62,381 nt of DNA, filler included, from Dugesia japonica (GCA_001938525.1; 5 parts of 5 records of this genome joined end to end with filler, not necessarily neighbours in it), one strand, 5' to 3'; counted from the whole stretch's first letter, positions 51,656-62,282 are shown. The notes: a model not told the origin generated them from the letters alone. Translations and numbers: made by a program.

Positions 51656-52381
51656 TTAACTACTTTGTCTTAGATGTAATAGTATACTTATTTTTTCACC
51701 ATCAAAATCTATAGTATTAAAATTTTCATCAACTATATTTAATTTTATCCTAGACAAGAAATTTGTATTTACTCTACAATATATTGGATTTGCTGGTCTA
51801 TCAGTAATTCTATAACCATATGGAACTGTTCCCATAGGAAGACTATGTAATAAATTATATTCTTTATTATTTAAATAATTACCTTGAAGAATGTTACAAA
51901 TAATATTAATTGTATTTACATCAATAATATTTATTTTATTTTGTGAAATCCAATTACTTGACTTGTTAATTTTATAACCTATAGTCAAAGCCTCATATCC
52001 TAAAATTGAATGAAAAAATGAAGTATTATCAAATTCAAGTAATAAATCTTTTAGTTTATCTTCTTCAGTCTGGTTGGGAGGAGTATACAAAGTCATTATT
52101 GCTTTCCCTGTAGAAACATCAAATGTTAATAGTATTCCAGTTCCTGACTGACCAGTTCCAGTTAATTTTTCTGCAATCTGTTTAATTTCATATGCTCCTG
52201 GTGTTGTTTTTTCAACATTATTAATTTTATATTTATTATTTTTAGTATTAATATTTAAAATCATGTTTGAAGTTGTAAACCAAATTAAAGCAATTTCCCA
52301 TCTTCCTTGTAATTCTAAACTTGTTGATAAAGTTGTTTCTAATTCACCGTCTTTTCCAAATATTAAAAATTGATGAGACAT
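51656..52381 (-). CDS. Minor capsid protein (penton)
   Basis: LQGRWEIAL, PGAYEI, INIICNILQG, VPYGYRITDRP..PIY, IDFDGE. Confidence 0.88.
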   Translation of the reverse strand: MSHQFLIFGKDGELETTLSTSLELQGRWEIALIWFTTSNMILNINTKNNKYKINNVEKTTPGAYEIKQIAEKLTGTGQSGTGILLTFDVSTGKAIMTLYTPPNQTEEDKLKDLLLEFDNTSFFHSILGYEALTIGYKINKSSNWISQNKINIIDVNTINIICNILQGNYLNNKEYNLLHSLPMGTVPYGYRITDRPANPIYCRVNTNFLSRIKLNIVDENFNTIDFDGEKISILLHLRQSS

Positions 52382-52400
52382 TATTTTTACCTTGTTAGTT

Positions 52401-53219
52401 TTAATCTAAATATTTTTCCACCAACCTATAATATTTATTTTGATTTATAATTTTTGATTCAAGTAGTTGATTAATTATATTTTTAAATTCATCTTCAAGA
52501 TTATCATGTCCTGCTTTAATAGCTGAAGTAATCTTTACAAATTCTTCAAGTAATTTTATTGGGTTAATTGATAAACCTTCACCAATTTTCTTGGTATTAT
52601 CAATTTCTTTATATTCTGGTGGTGTTTTTATTTTTTTAAATTCTTCATCAAATATTCCTCTTTTTTTACAAGCTTTAATATAATTACTAGAATGAGGAAT
52701 ATTTAAACCAAAGTCTTTTAAATAAATACTTTTGGCTTGTTCATCATTAGAACCATATCCAAACATTAAATTTAATACTTCTTGATTAAAAGGAATTTCT
52801 TTATCATCTGTAACAAAAAATTTCTTTATCTCTCCATCTCTTAATTTTTGTTTTAAATAAATCATAACAGAACCTATATTAAAAGAATTAAAAGTATTAT
52901 CATTATCATCATAAACAATATAAGGTTTTAAAGTATTAGATAAATCATATTTATTTGTAATTTTTATATCTTCTTTTTTAATTTTAAATCTATCATCTTT
53001 TATATCTTCATCTTTTATATTATCATCTTTTATATTAACATCTTTTATATCTTCATCTTTTTGTTGAATACCTTGAAGATTACCTTGAAGATTAAATGGT
53101 CCAACCCAATCAATTGGAACCTGGAAACTAACTTGTTGAAGAATTAAATTATTATATTTTTCTTGAGCTTTAATTTGTTTCTTTAAACGTTTTATTCTAT
53201 CTTGTATCCATGTATCCAT
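52401..53219 (-). CDS. Conserved Polinton protein, probable virion core component
   Basis: KIGEGL followed by NP.KL......SAIKAGH...EF..II..L. Confidence 0.7.
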   Translation of the reverse strand: MDTWIQDRIKRLKKQIKAQEKYNNLILQQVSFQVPIDWVGPFNLQGNLQGIQQKDEDIKDVNIKDDNIKDEDIKDDRFKIKKEDIKITNKYDLSNTLKPYIVYDDNDNTFNSFNIGSVMIYLKQKLRDGEIKKFFVTDDKEIPFNQEVLNLMFGYGSNDEQAKSIYLKDFGLNIPHSSNYIKACKKRGIFDEEFKKIKTPPEYKEIDNTKKIGEGLSINPIKLLEEFVKITSAIKAGHDNLEDEFKNIINQLLESKIINQNKYYRLVEKYLD

Positions 53220-53231
53220 TTTATAAAAAAC

Positions 53232-53783
53232 TTATTTTCCTTGATAGGGCTGGAAATATAATCCTTCACCAGATGGAATAATTTCTATTCCTTGTTTAAA
53301 TTTCTTGTGTCCAAGTAGTTGAGGCTTTCCTATAACAGATTTTACATATTTATGAATAGCTGTTCCTTGATAGGGATTTAAATATATTCCTTGTCCATCT
53401 ACTACTGGTTGTTTTGCTTTATTTAATTGAATATCTAATAATTCATTTCTTTTACCCACATTAACTGCTTCTCGAGAATTACTAACCACCTTTGCAATTC
53501 CCGCGGCTGTTCCAGCCGCTGTTCCAACTGCACCTAATCCTGCTAAAATTCCTGGTATTAAAGCTAATAATGGAAATATTCCACCTTCTGTCGTCTTCAC
53601 TCCAGAGAAATGTTTCTCTTTTAATATTTCTTTAGTCTTTTTACCTATCCAATAATTTTTACCATTTATTTTTATTGATTTACACTTGTTACTATTTATC
53701 AATTCTAGTAATTCCTTTTCTGTTGTGTTTGTTAATATGTTAGTAGTCATTTTATTAACTAAATTATTTTGCTTTCCTATCAC
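53232..53783 (-). CDS. Adenovirus pX-like core/membrane-active protein
   Basis: EGGIFPLLALIPGILAGLGA resembles pX GG-hydrophobic motif; repeated GxG-hydrophobic-Y..PYQG. Confidence 0.65.
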   Translation of the reverse strand: MIGKQNNLVNKMTTNILTNTTEKELLELINSNKCKSIKINGKNYWIGKKTKEILKEKHFSGVKTTEGGIFPLLALIPGILAGLGAVGTAAGTAAGIAKVVSNSREAVNVGKRNELLDIQLNKAKQPVVDGQGIYLNPYQGTAIHKYVKSVIGKPQLLGHKKFKQGIEIIPSGEGLYFQPYQGK

Positions 53784-53794
53784 TATGCTCTAGA

Positions 53795-54589
53795 TTAAAA
53801 TAAATTATCCATCAACATTTCCTTTTCCTTGTCTAGATAAAAATAATTGTATTTTGTTTTCCAATGATGATTAGTTTCAAAATCATATTCTTCTTTATTA
53901 TTAAAAATATTACTAAAAAGATCATGATAAACATTATCCTTTTCTCTTTTACCTAATTTGAAAAATACAAAACAATTACTATTATTTCTTATGGAATTTT
54001 TATCCAAGTCATAATAAGTTTGAGATATATAAATTACATTACAATTATTATGTCTCCCTCTAGTGAAATAACTTTTTTGAACTTGTTGATTCTTTTCATT
54101 TACAACATCATCAAATATAATTAAATTTTTCTTATTGTTTGGTAACTTATCACATGGTACAATTTCTGATGCTTTACTAGAAATTGTAATATTTATTCCA
54201 GCTTCCACTTCTTGGATATTAGGTTGATTAAGAAGTTGACAATACCAATAAATAATTTCTTGTGGAGTTAAATCTTTGCCAACTAGTTGGGATATTCTAT
54301 CTTGCATCTCATCTGAAAAAATATTCATTAAATCTTGTTTAGAAAGTCCTTGACTAAATCCATGGTTTAATAATTGAATTTCAAATTGTGATATTGTTGT
54401 TGAAAATAAAATTAAATTATTATAATCTATAAAACCTGGAGTTAGTAACATTTTTAGTAATAATACATTTTTTCCACAACCAGAAGAACCAATAATTAAA
54501 CATCTAAATTGTGGTGGAAATATTTCATGTTTAAACTTGCTAGAATTATTTTTCCATATTGGTAAGATTCCAGTCAACTGCCCAGTCAT
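53795..54589 (-). CDS. A32/FtsK-like genome packaging ATPase
   Basis: GSSGCGKN, LIIFDD, FTRGRHNN, ISQTY, IRNN. Confidence 0.93.
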   Translation of the reverse strand: MTGQLTGILPIWKNNSSKFKHEIFPPQFRCLIIGSSGCGKNVLLLKMLLTPGFIDYNNLILFSTTISQFEIQLLNHGFSQGLSKQDLMNIFSDEMQDRISQLVGKDLTPQEIIYWYCQLLNQPNIQEVEAGINITISSKASEIVPCDKLPNNKKNLIIFDDVVNEKNQQVQKSYFTRGRHNNCNVIYISQTYYDLDKNSIRNNSNCFVFFKLGKREKDNVYHDLFSNIFNNKEEYDFETNHHWKTKYNYFYLDKEKEMLMDNLF

Positions 54590-55969
54590 TTTTTACCCAA
54601 ATTAGTTAACTGGAGTTCATTAGCATAAAATCTACCAAGTACTTTATTTCCTTCTTCATTTTGTATTCCAAAAGTTAATACTCCATCCCATGGTTGAGAT
54701 GTATTATTTTCTCTATAAATTTTGTATATTATATAAATCTTTTCAGTCCAATTTGTTGTATATCCCTTTTCAAATTTATTTTTAAATCTAAAAATTCTAA
54801 CTCTATCTCCTATTTTCAATTTCTTTTGTTTGTTAACAAAGTCTTTTCCAACTAGTTGATTAGTGTTATTCCTTTTAATAGTTTTATTATATAAGAGGTT
54901 AGGAGAATCACTAGCTTCTTTTGGAGTAATATTAATTGAACTATGAATTGTATTATTATAATCTTCAACTATAGATGTTAACAATTCTTTATTCCATTTT
55001 TGATTTCCTTGTCTTGTAAATTTTGTATAATTTTCTTTTAAATGTTCTAATTACTCGTTCAACAAAAACAGCTTTACCTTGAACTTCAGTCTCTAAAGAT
55101 GTAGAATATAAATTTATATTATTCTCTATACAAAATTCCTTAAAAACTTTATTATAAAATTCTTTACCATGGTCAACCCATAAATTATTAGGAATACGAT
55201 TACTTGTTTCTATTATATTTTCAAATCCATCTTTTACTTCTTTTCCAGTTTTATTATCAAGTATTTCTAAAAATAAAAATCTAGTATACAAATCTACTAC
55301 CATTAAAACACTAGTTAACTGTTTTTGATTTGGTTTCCAACCACTTAACTGGAAACCTTTAGGATTCCCTAAAAACATTAAATCTGCTGACCATGTTTCA
55401 TATTTAAAGAATATTTTTACTTTGAGAAATTTTTTATTTTTATTAAAAGGTTTATGTAATTCATCCTCTATTCCAGAACCAAGTATTATTTTTCCCTTCA
55501 TAGCCAACTTTACTATTCCTCTTTGAATTATTTCACTAGTAGTTGGATTTTCAATATTATTTAAATCATGTATTAAATTAACATCTGCTAAATGTCTATC
55601 TCTTAAATCTTCTGAAGTGTAAGCAATATCATGTTTTAGAGCACAAGCATCAACTTGATTAATTGGTTCTTCACCAGGTAAAGGAACAAGAATTCCTTCG
55701 TCATTGTTTTCTAATCTTAAATCTAATCTTGTTCCTGGCCCAGTATAATTATGTCCAAACAAGTGTCTTTCTCCTGGATACTTTTCAGTTGTAAATGGTT
55801 TTAAAATTGTACTTGTTAATTTAGAAGATTGAAGGTCTCCTCCCTTTTCAAGATCTCCTCTGGTTTGAGCTTCATGATACTTTTTTGAACATATTCCAAA
55901 ATGTCTTTTTCTATTTGACTTGGTTAAATATCTATTACATATAGTACACAATTCTTTTTCTAGAGGCAT
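54586..55969 (-). CDS. Zinc finger-PLA2-rve integrase fusion, one frameshift near 55020
   Basis: CTIC..H...C; NYTGPGT..DACALKHDIAY; WSADL, WVDHGKEFYN, VERVIRT; C-terminus YNNTIHS..IGDRVRI..FEKGY..NWT in 54586-54984. Confidence 0.92.
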
Positions 55970-55993
55970 TTTTTATTCCAATTAATTTTGATC

Positions 55994-57295
55994 TTAACTG
56001 GGAATTCCTCTTGTATTAAAATTTTTAACATCTTGTCCTTTAATATTTTCTACAAACATTACTTTTCCATTTGATATTTTTAATTCTACATGTTTCTCTT
56101 GAAGTATTAACCAATATAAATTACCAGTCATTTCACTATCTTTTGTTACATGACAAGTTAAATCTACATTATTTATAGTTAATTTTTCATCTTGAGCAGA
56201 ACAATCAAAACAAAATATTGGATAGAAACTTGACCAATCTTTAATACTTAACTGTGGTTTGATTAAGAATGCATTACACATGTCAATATACATTTGATAT
56301 GGAAACATTACATTATTATTTTTTAAATCAAACTCTTCTCGAGTATTTGGATAATAAACATTATTTAATTGTAATTGAATAGTTTTTAAATAATAATTAA
56401 ATGTTTGATCTACTTCTACTGGAGGATTTGCATTATTTCTTACTTTTTTAGTTATAGTTTGTTTTATTGTAAATAAATTATTATTATTTTTATATGAATT
56501 GGTATTATATTTAAATCCAATAATTACAAATCTAGGTCTATATAGTAAGTTACCCATTTTAATTGAAAAACTAGTTCTAGTTGTTAATGAACAATTACCC
56601 ATTTCCCTTTCCAAAAATGAAGATTGAATACTTTTACCTGATGATAATCTATCCAAATAACTCAATTCACTTTTTGGTGATAAAGTCCATTCTGGAATGT
56701 GTAATTCTAGTGTATCAATTTGAATTTCAACTTTATCTTCTGTAGTTCCAAAGAATATTTTTTCATTCATTATTTCTCTATTGCAATCCAATTGAATAAA
56801 TGTATTGAATAATAATCTATTATAATTTTGTAAAAACCCAAACAGATTTCTTAGAGGATAATAACCTTCATATTTTGTTGAATGTAATTCTTGTCTTTTA
56901 ACAAAACTTTCTTTTATCGAATTTGGAATCCATCCATATGCTGAACAAGATTTTTCATTTGCTTTGTCTATTAAAATTAAATTAATCATTGTAGAAGCTA
57001 CATCTGGAAATGTAATTGATTCAATATAAGTTGATCCTATTTTTAATCTCATTTGTGAAAATAAAGCTGGAAAGAAATCATTTTCTAGTGTTGTTGTTGC
57101 TATAGGATTCTTAAAAGAAATTTTAAAATACATTTTTCCATTACCAATATCTAATGGATTAGTATTTTGTAAAGATTGAAATGAAATGTCTCCATTTTTA
57201 TTTAAATTTACTATCGATCCAGCCGTTGGTGAAATTTTCAACAAATCGTTTTTAGTTTGTAAATGTGTAAAGTTTATATTAAAATCTAGATCCAT
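55994..57295 (-). CDS. Major capsid protein (double jelly-roll, hexon-like)
   Basis: 433-aa intact ORF; LFSQMRLKIG..IE, PLRNLFGF, PRFVIIGF, LNNVYYP, PIFCFDCS. Confidence 0.88.
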   Translation of the reverse strand: MDLDFNINFTHLQTKNDLLKISPTAGSIVNLNKNGDISFQSLQNTNPLDIGNGKMYFKISFKNPIATTTLENDFFPALFSQMRLKIGSTYIESITFPDVASTMINLILIDKANEKSCSAYGWIPNSIKESFVKRQELHSTKYEGYYPLRNLFGFLQNYNRLLFNTFIQLDCNREIMNEKIFFGTTEDKVEIQIDTLELHIPEWTLSPKSELSYLDRLSSGKSIQSSFLEREMGNCSLTTRTSFSIKMGNLLYRPRFVIIGFKYNTNSYKNNNNLFTIKQTITKKVRNNANPPVEVDQTFNYYLKTIQLQLNNVYYPNTREEFDLKNNNVMFPYQMYIDMCNAFLIKPQLSIKDWSSFYPIFCFDCSAQDEKLTINNVDLTCHVTKDSEMTGNLYWLILQEKHVELKISNGKVMFVENIKGQDVKNFNTRGIPS

Positions 57296-57318
57296 TTATT
57301 TGAAAGATATTTTTGTCC

Positions 57319-57999
57319 TTAGTTATATTTCTCAACATTCTCCTTTGAAGGTTTTATTTCTATTGAATTTTTATTACTTGGTTCTCCATAAACACGAGTA
57401 GCTTCTGTTAACATTCCTGGTTTTGGTAATCGTGTCTTTTTTCCTGGTTTTAGGTTGGAATGTTTTTCCACCAATTCCAAATGTGCATTTACAATATCTT
57501 GTGTTCTCATGAATGAATGTTTATCCTTGCTAATTATAGTGGTTTTAATCCCTGATAAGACTACAACTTTTGGTTTTAATGTTTCATTATATTTTTTTCT
57601 CAATTCATTATGTTCATCACGCTCTTTTTGTAATTCCATCATTGCATTTTCATACATTTCTAATACTTCACTATACCGTGATGTTAAATCAGTATATAAT
57701 AATTCAAGACATCCCGATCTTGTTTGAGAAGTCATTACAATACTAAATAAAGCTTTAAATAATTTCTCTTCTTCTTCTGATGAACTTTTTATTTTTTTCA
57801 ATATATCTTGTAATATCAACATTTTATTTTCCACGAAAGCTTTTGTTATTGGTATATTACTAAAATTTGCTAAATCACTTGTAGTAAAACTATTAATATT
57901 TTCAACATCTCTTATTGTTTCATATAAAGTTGACATTGTTAAAGAAAATTCTTGTGCTAATTCTGGAGATAATTTTTTTACTATTTCTTTACTACCCAT
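57319..57999 (-). CDS. Hypothetical protein, homolog of 36347-36946
   Basis: 226-aa ORF conserved between A and C. Confidence 0.8.
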   Translation of the reverse strand: MGSKEIVKKLSPELAQEFSLTMSTLYETIRDVENINSFTTSDLANFSNIPITKAFVENKMLILQDILKKIKSSSEEEEKLFKALFSIVMTSQTRSGCLELLYTDLTSRYSEVLEMYENAMMELQKERDEHNELRKKYNETLKPKVVVLSGIKTTIISKDKHSFMRTQDIVNAHLELVEKHSNLKPGKKTRLPKPGMLTEATRVYGEPSNKNSIEIKPSKENVEKYN

Positions 58000-58059
58000 T
58001 TTCTATAGATAAAATTTAAGATTTCGAAAACCCTTGTCTGTTATACTAAGAGAAAAAAA

Positions 58060-58190
58060 TGAATTATGGAATATGGTACAGATTACAGTATGGATTATGG
58101 ATTACAGTATGGATTATGGATTTCAGCATGGATTACAGTACGGATTACAGTACGGTAAACGGTACGGTAAACGGTACGGTAAACGGTATT
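58060..58190. repeat. Tandem repeats (TGGATTACAGTA and ACGGTAA/ACGGT) between divergent genes, followed by TATATAAA
   Basis: Direct reading. Confidence 0.8.
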
Positions 58191-58205
58191 TTTTTCTGTA
58201 TATAA

Positions 58206-58622
58206 ATGACTCATACATTAGAAGATATCAACAAAAAATTACTAGACTATGATTTTGTAAATAACTCTGTTTCAAAATTTGCTAAAGATAATTTAGTAAA
58301 TGAAAAAACAATAAGAAAATACTTGAAACTTTTTAATATTCCTTATAATAAGAAACAAAGAAATATAATTCAAAATAGAACTGTAAGTGGAAAATTTACA
58401 TTTACTTCATTTTTAGAATCTCTTAAAGTTGAAGAAACCCCAACTACTTTAGAAAAGAAAAAGAAAAAACATAAACATAGACTTAAAGAAGAAAATATTC
58501 AACCTCCTTTTTACTCCAATCAAAATATAAATTATATTAAACCTAAACCAGAGAAAATTTCTTTCCATGAAAATAAAAATGGATTTTTTAAACATTGTGA
58601 TGATGTTATGAATCTTAAATAA
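58206..58622 (+). CDS. Small basic HTH-like protein
   Basis: SVSKFAKDNLVNEKTIRKYLK; homolog in element C. Confidence 0.65.
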   Translation: MTHTLEDINKKLLDYDFVNNSVSKFAKDNLVNEKTIRKYLKLFNIPYNKKQRNIIQNRTVSGKFTFTSFLESLKVEETPTTLEKKKKKHKHRLKEENIQPPFYSNQNINYIKPKPEKISFHENKNGFFKHCDDVMNLK

Positions 58623-58639
58623 AAAAACAATATCATCTT

Positions 58640-58883
58640 TCATCTTTTACTATCACTTTTACTATCACTTTTACTTTTACTATCACTTTTACTATCACTT
58701 TTACTATCACTTTTACTATCACTTTTACTCATTTAACTGGTTTTTTATCTATTTAACTAAAAATCTAAATTTACTATTTTTCCCTTTACCTAGGAAGTTT
58801 TTTTTTTCCTTTATCTAGGAAGTTTTTTTTTTAAATTTTGGGGTGGGGGGTGGGTGTGTCTATCGCGCCATTATACATCTACT
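58640..58883. repeat. Putative right terminal inverted repeat with 12-bp subterminal array (TTTTACTATCAC)n
   Basis: Tandem array, G-tract, terminal CTACT; partner TIR not in the window. Confidence 0.7.
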
Positions 58884-61800
58884 TACGTAAAATAAAATTA
58901 AAAAGTAATCATGTTCAAGAGTTGTGCATAAACTGTATGACTTGGAAAAGAAATAAACAATCATTAATTAATCATCAAAATTTGTGCTTCAAATATAAAT
59001 CAGCTGAAATAAAATTTAGTAATACCGACACATACAAGTTTTCCAAATTTTTCACCAAAAACATGAATCCTTTTGTAATTTACTTTGACATTGAAAATTT
59101 TCGTTCTATAACCAATGAATTAATTCCCTTTTGTTTAGGGTTTTATTTAGTAAGCAATCATCCAAAAGTAAATAACATTTACCAATGTTTCAAAGGATTA
59201 AATTGTATTTCTAAATTTATTGATTGGTTATTAAAGTTTAATGACATTTTTGAATCTATAATTCTAGATAGATTTATTTCAGATGACTACTCTGAGGACT
59301 CTGAGTTGGAAACCTCTAAAAAATGTTATTATTGTTCTAATAATCTTGAGGACTCTGAAGAAAAAGTTTCACAGAGTATTAATCCTTGGACTGGTGAATT
59401 CCGCGGTTATTGTCACAAAGAATGTAAAAAGAAACATGAAAACCCTAAAAAGTATTTTATTCCAGTTTACGCACACAACGCTTCCAAATTTGATAATCAT
59501 TTTGTTTTTACCGAATTGTGTAAGAAATGTCCCAATAAAATAAGTAATTTAATTCCTTTAAATACTGACGTCTACATTTCATTTTCAGTTGATAGATTAA
59601 GGTTTCTTGATTCATTAAGAATGCGTAGTGGACATACAGTAGAATTAATGGGTCAAGATTTAGCCAAAAGTAAAATTCATCCTCATTTAAGTAGTTTTTC
59701 ATTAGTTCCTTGTAAAGGCTTCTATCCATATGATTTTGTAAGTGGAAAAGATTATCAAGAAGTAGAAACTAAACTATTAAATTATACACCAAACATTAAT
59801 CATTTTTTCAATTCATTAAAACAAACACAAATGACTGAAACTGATTACAATAAATTTTTAACCGACTACTCACAATTTCCCAATCTAATGAAATACACAA
59901 TGCACTATTTAAAACTTGACGTATTAATTCTAGCCGACTTTTTCGAGAATTTCCGACAAGTATCCATGACAAAAAATGAAATTGATCCAACCTATTGTTA
60001 AAGCGCACCAGGTCTTACATGGGAAATTGGAATGAAAAAGACACAAGTTGAATTAATTCTTCCAAATCCTAGTAATTACGACATGTATCTAACTATTGAG
60101 CAAGGTATTCGAGGAGGATATTCTGGTTTGTGTGGAAATCATCATGTAATAGCTGACAAGGAACACACAATCAAATGCCTTGATCAAAATAGTTTGTATT
60201 CAGCTTGTATGACTGAACGATTGCCTTGGGTTAAAATGTGGTGGTCAGATAATAAAACTTATAAACCTACAACTGATGAATTTAAAATCATTGATGGTGA
60301 AAAAGTTTATGTTGATTACATTTATACAGTGGATTTAATTTATCCTGAAAGTATAAAAGAAAAAACCAAATATTATCCCTTGGCAGTTGACAAACAACCA
60401 GTTGAATATAATGAATTGAGTAATTACCAAAAAGATTTACTAAACAAGACAGAAAAAAGGCAAAGTAAATATTCTAAACTAATAATGAATCAGAAAAATA
60501 AATACAAGTACGTTGTAATGGGTAAAGTTCTAGACTTTTATCTAGAACAAGGAATGATACTCAAAACTATTGTTGAGTTTATAACATGCAAAACACACAT
60601 GCAAAACATAACATAACACACAGAAAATATCAAAGCAGATCCTCAAATTCAAATCCCAAAGAAAGTAATCGAGCTCAGTATTATGGTACAAATTCAATTC
60701 AAATGCAAACCCCAAGCATATCAATTTATTATTTGACATTATTAATTGAATCAAACATTTATCTTGTTTAACTGAATCATTAAATCAAACATTTATCTTG
60801 TTTAACTGAATCATTAATAATTCATGAATTAAACAGTGTAGTTGATTTTATTTTAATTCATTGAATTTATTTTATTTTGTAGTTTGAATTTATTTTTATT
60901 TTTATTTTTATTTTTATTTTGTATTTTGAATTTATATTTTTATAGTAAAATATTTGGACATTTTGAATTATTTTTATTTTATTGTAAAAAATTTTTGAAA
61001 AGAACAATTAAATTTGGAAAGAAATAATAAAAAATTTTATAAATGTAAAAAATTATTTTGAGAATTTTATTGCAGGTGTATTAAGCCTACCTGTGTGAGA
61101 TTAGTATAAATACTAATCAGTTTTAGTGTAAGAGCAGACATTTAAATTACAGAAGGCTCCGAACTCTAAGTGNNNNNNNNNNNNNNNNNNNNNNNNNNNN
61201 NNNNNNNNNNTATAAGGATACGCTGTATATTTATATTCCAAAAATAATAAAAGTATTTTAAAAGGTGTGTTATATTATTCATTTATATAAGGAACTACAC
61301 ATATTACCATATCTATAATTTTCTGTAAAATATTGCAATTATATATTATTGTATCAACATACACATAGAGAATTTAACACCCGTAAAATCTTTATATATA
61401 TTTTTTTCGAACCATAAAATCTTTTTGTTGAGTAGTAATACCCAACACTATACACAGTAAAATAATTGTTCCTACAAAATATTGGCTCAAGGATTACATT
61501 GAAACTAATATTAATAGTAGAAATGAAGCAAAAGCTAATAATGATACATTTGGTGATGCTTTCTTTAAACTATTAAATAATGGTTTTTACGGAAAGACAT
61601 TGGAAAATGTTAGGAATCGAGAGAATTTATTCTTGGCAAAAAGTAAAAAGGAAATTAAAAATCAAGTTTCCAAACCAGGATATAAATCTTCAACCATTAT
61701 TAATGAAGAAGTTGCTTTGATGTAAAGTTTCAAATCTTCAATAATGTATAACAAGTCTCCTTATATTGTTTTCTTTGTATTGGAATACGCAAAACTAATC

Positions 61801-62282
61801 ATGTATAAATTTGTTTATCATGATATTGAAAGACTAATCCCCCAACAATACAAAATCCATTACAGTGATACTGATTCATTAATGATGGAATTTATTCATC
61901 CAGGACAATCATGGGATGAATTCACTGAAAAAAGTAAAATTAAATATTTATTTGGAAAGAATCTCTTTCAAATGAAGGATGAGTTTCCCAATGAAGTAAT
62001 TACTGAAGGTTTTTTCATTAAAGCTAAATCATATTGCCTTTTAAAAGAAAAACTCCACACCAAGCACAAGGGTTTAAGTAAAACTAATAAATTAACTAGT
62101 GAACAATATCGTAGTGTTTGTACAATAATGAAACAATAACTGGCATTAATTATTCTATTAATTCAAAAATTCATGTTGTTAAGCAAACAGAACAAGTTAA
62201 AAAAGCATTGACTCCCTTTGATGATAAACGATTTATTTTAAGAGATGGAATAACTGCACTTCCATATGGATATTTTTCATAA
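58884..62282 (+). pseudogene. polB: polB of a second Polinton (B): 5'-truncated by element A, interrupted by a solo LTR, two stops and a frameshift
   Basis: YFDIE, HNASKFD, KGFYPY, YLKLDVLILADFFENFR, IRGG, DQNSLY, KLLNNGFYGKT, YSDTDS, DDKR..LPYGY. Confidence 0.92.
60571..61447 (+). mobile_element. Solo LTR inserted in polB B
   Basis: TGTTG...CAACA ends, 4-bp TSD CTAT, TATAAATA plus TCAGTT and AATAAA; removal restores the frame (LKTI-HSKI). Confidence 0.88.

Larger units (their letters stand above)
47312..58883 (-). mobile_element. Polinton/Maverick (adintovirus-like) element A, near complete, right terminus at 58883
   Basis: Full morphogenetic module plus pPolB and integrase; ends ...TACATCTACT (AGTAG-type terminus); left part lost at the scaffold end. 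Confidence 0.95.

Noticed and set aside
54985-55030. Programmed frameshift in the integrase
   Set aside because: It needs a +1 shift with no in-frame slippery heptamer, and element C is continuous here; likely mutation or homopolymer error
58034-58252. 72-aa ORF with YGLQ/YGKR repeats
   Set aside because: Translation of a DNA tandem repeat with a non-ATG start
48556-61725. TAA reassigned or read through (in-frame TAA in both polB genes)
   Set aside because: Many intact viral ORFs end in TAA, and frameshifts and insertions co-occur; ordinary decay is simpler
47312-62282. One element with a split or duplicated polB at both ends
   Set aside because: The two genes overlap in domain content, and a Polinton terminus lies exactly where the right copy begins; nesting explains it better
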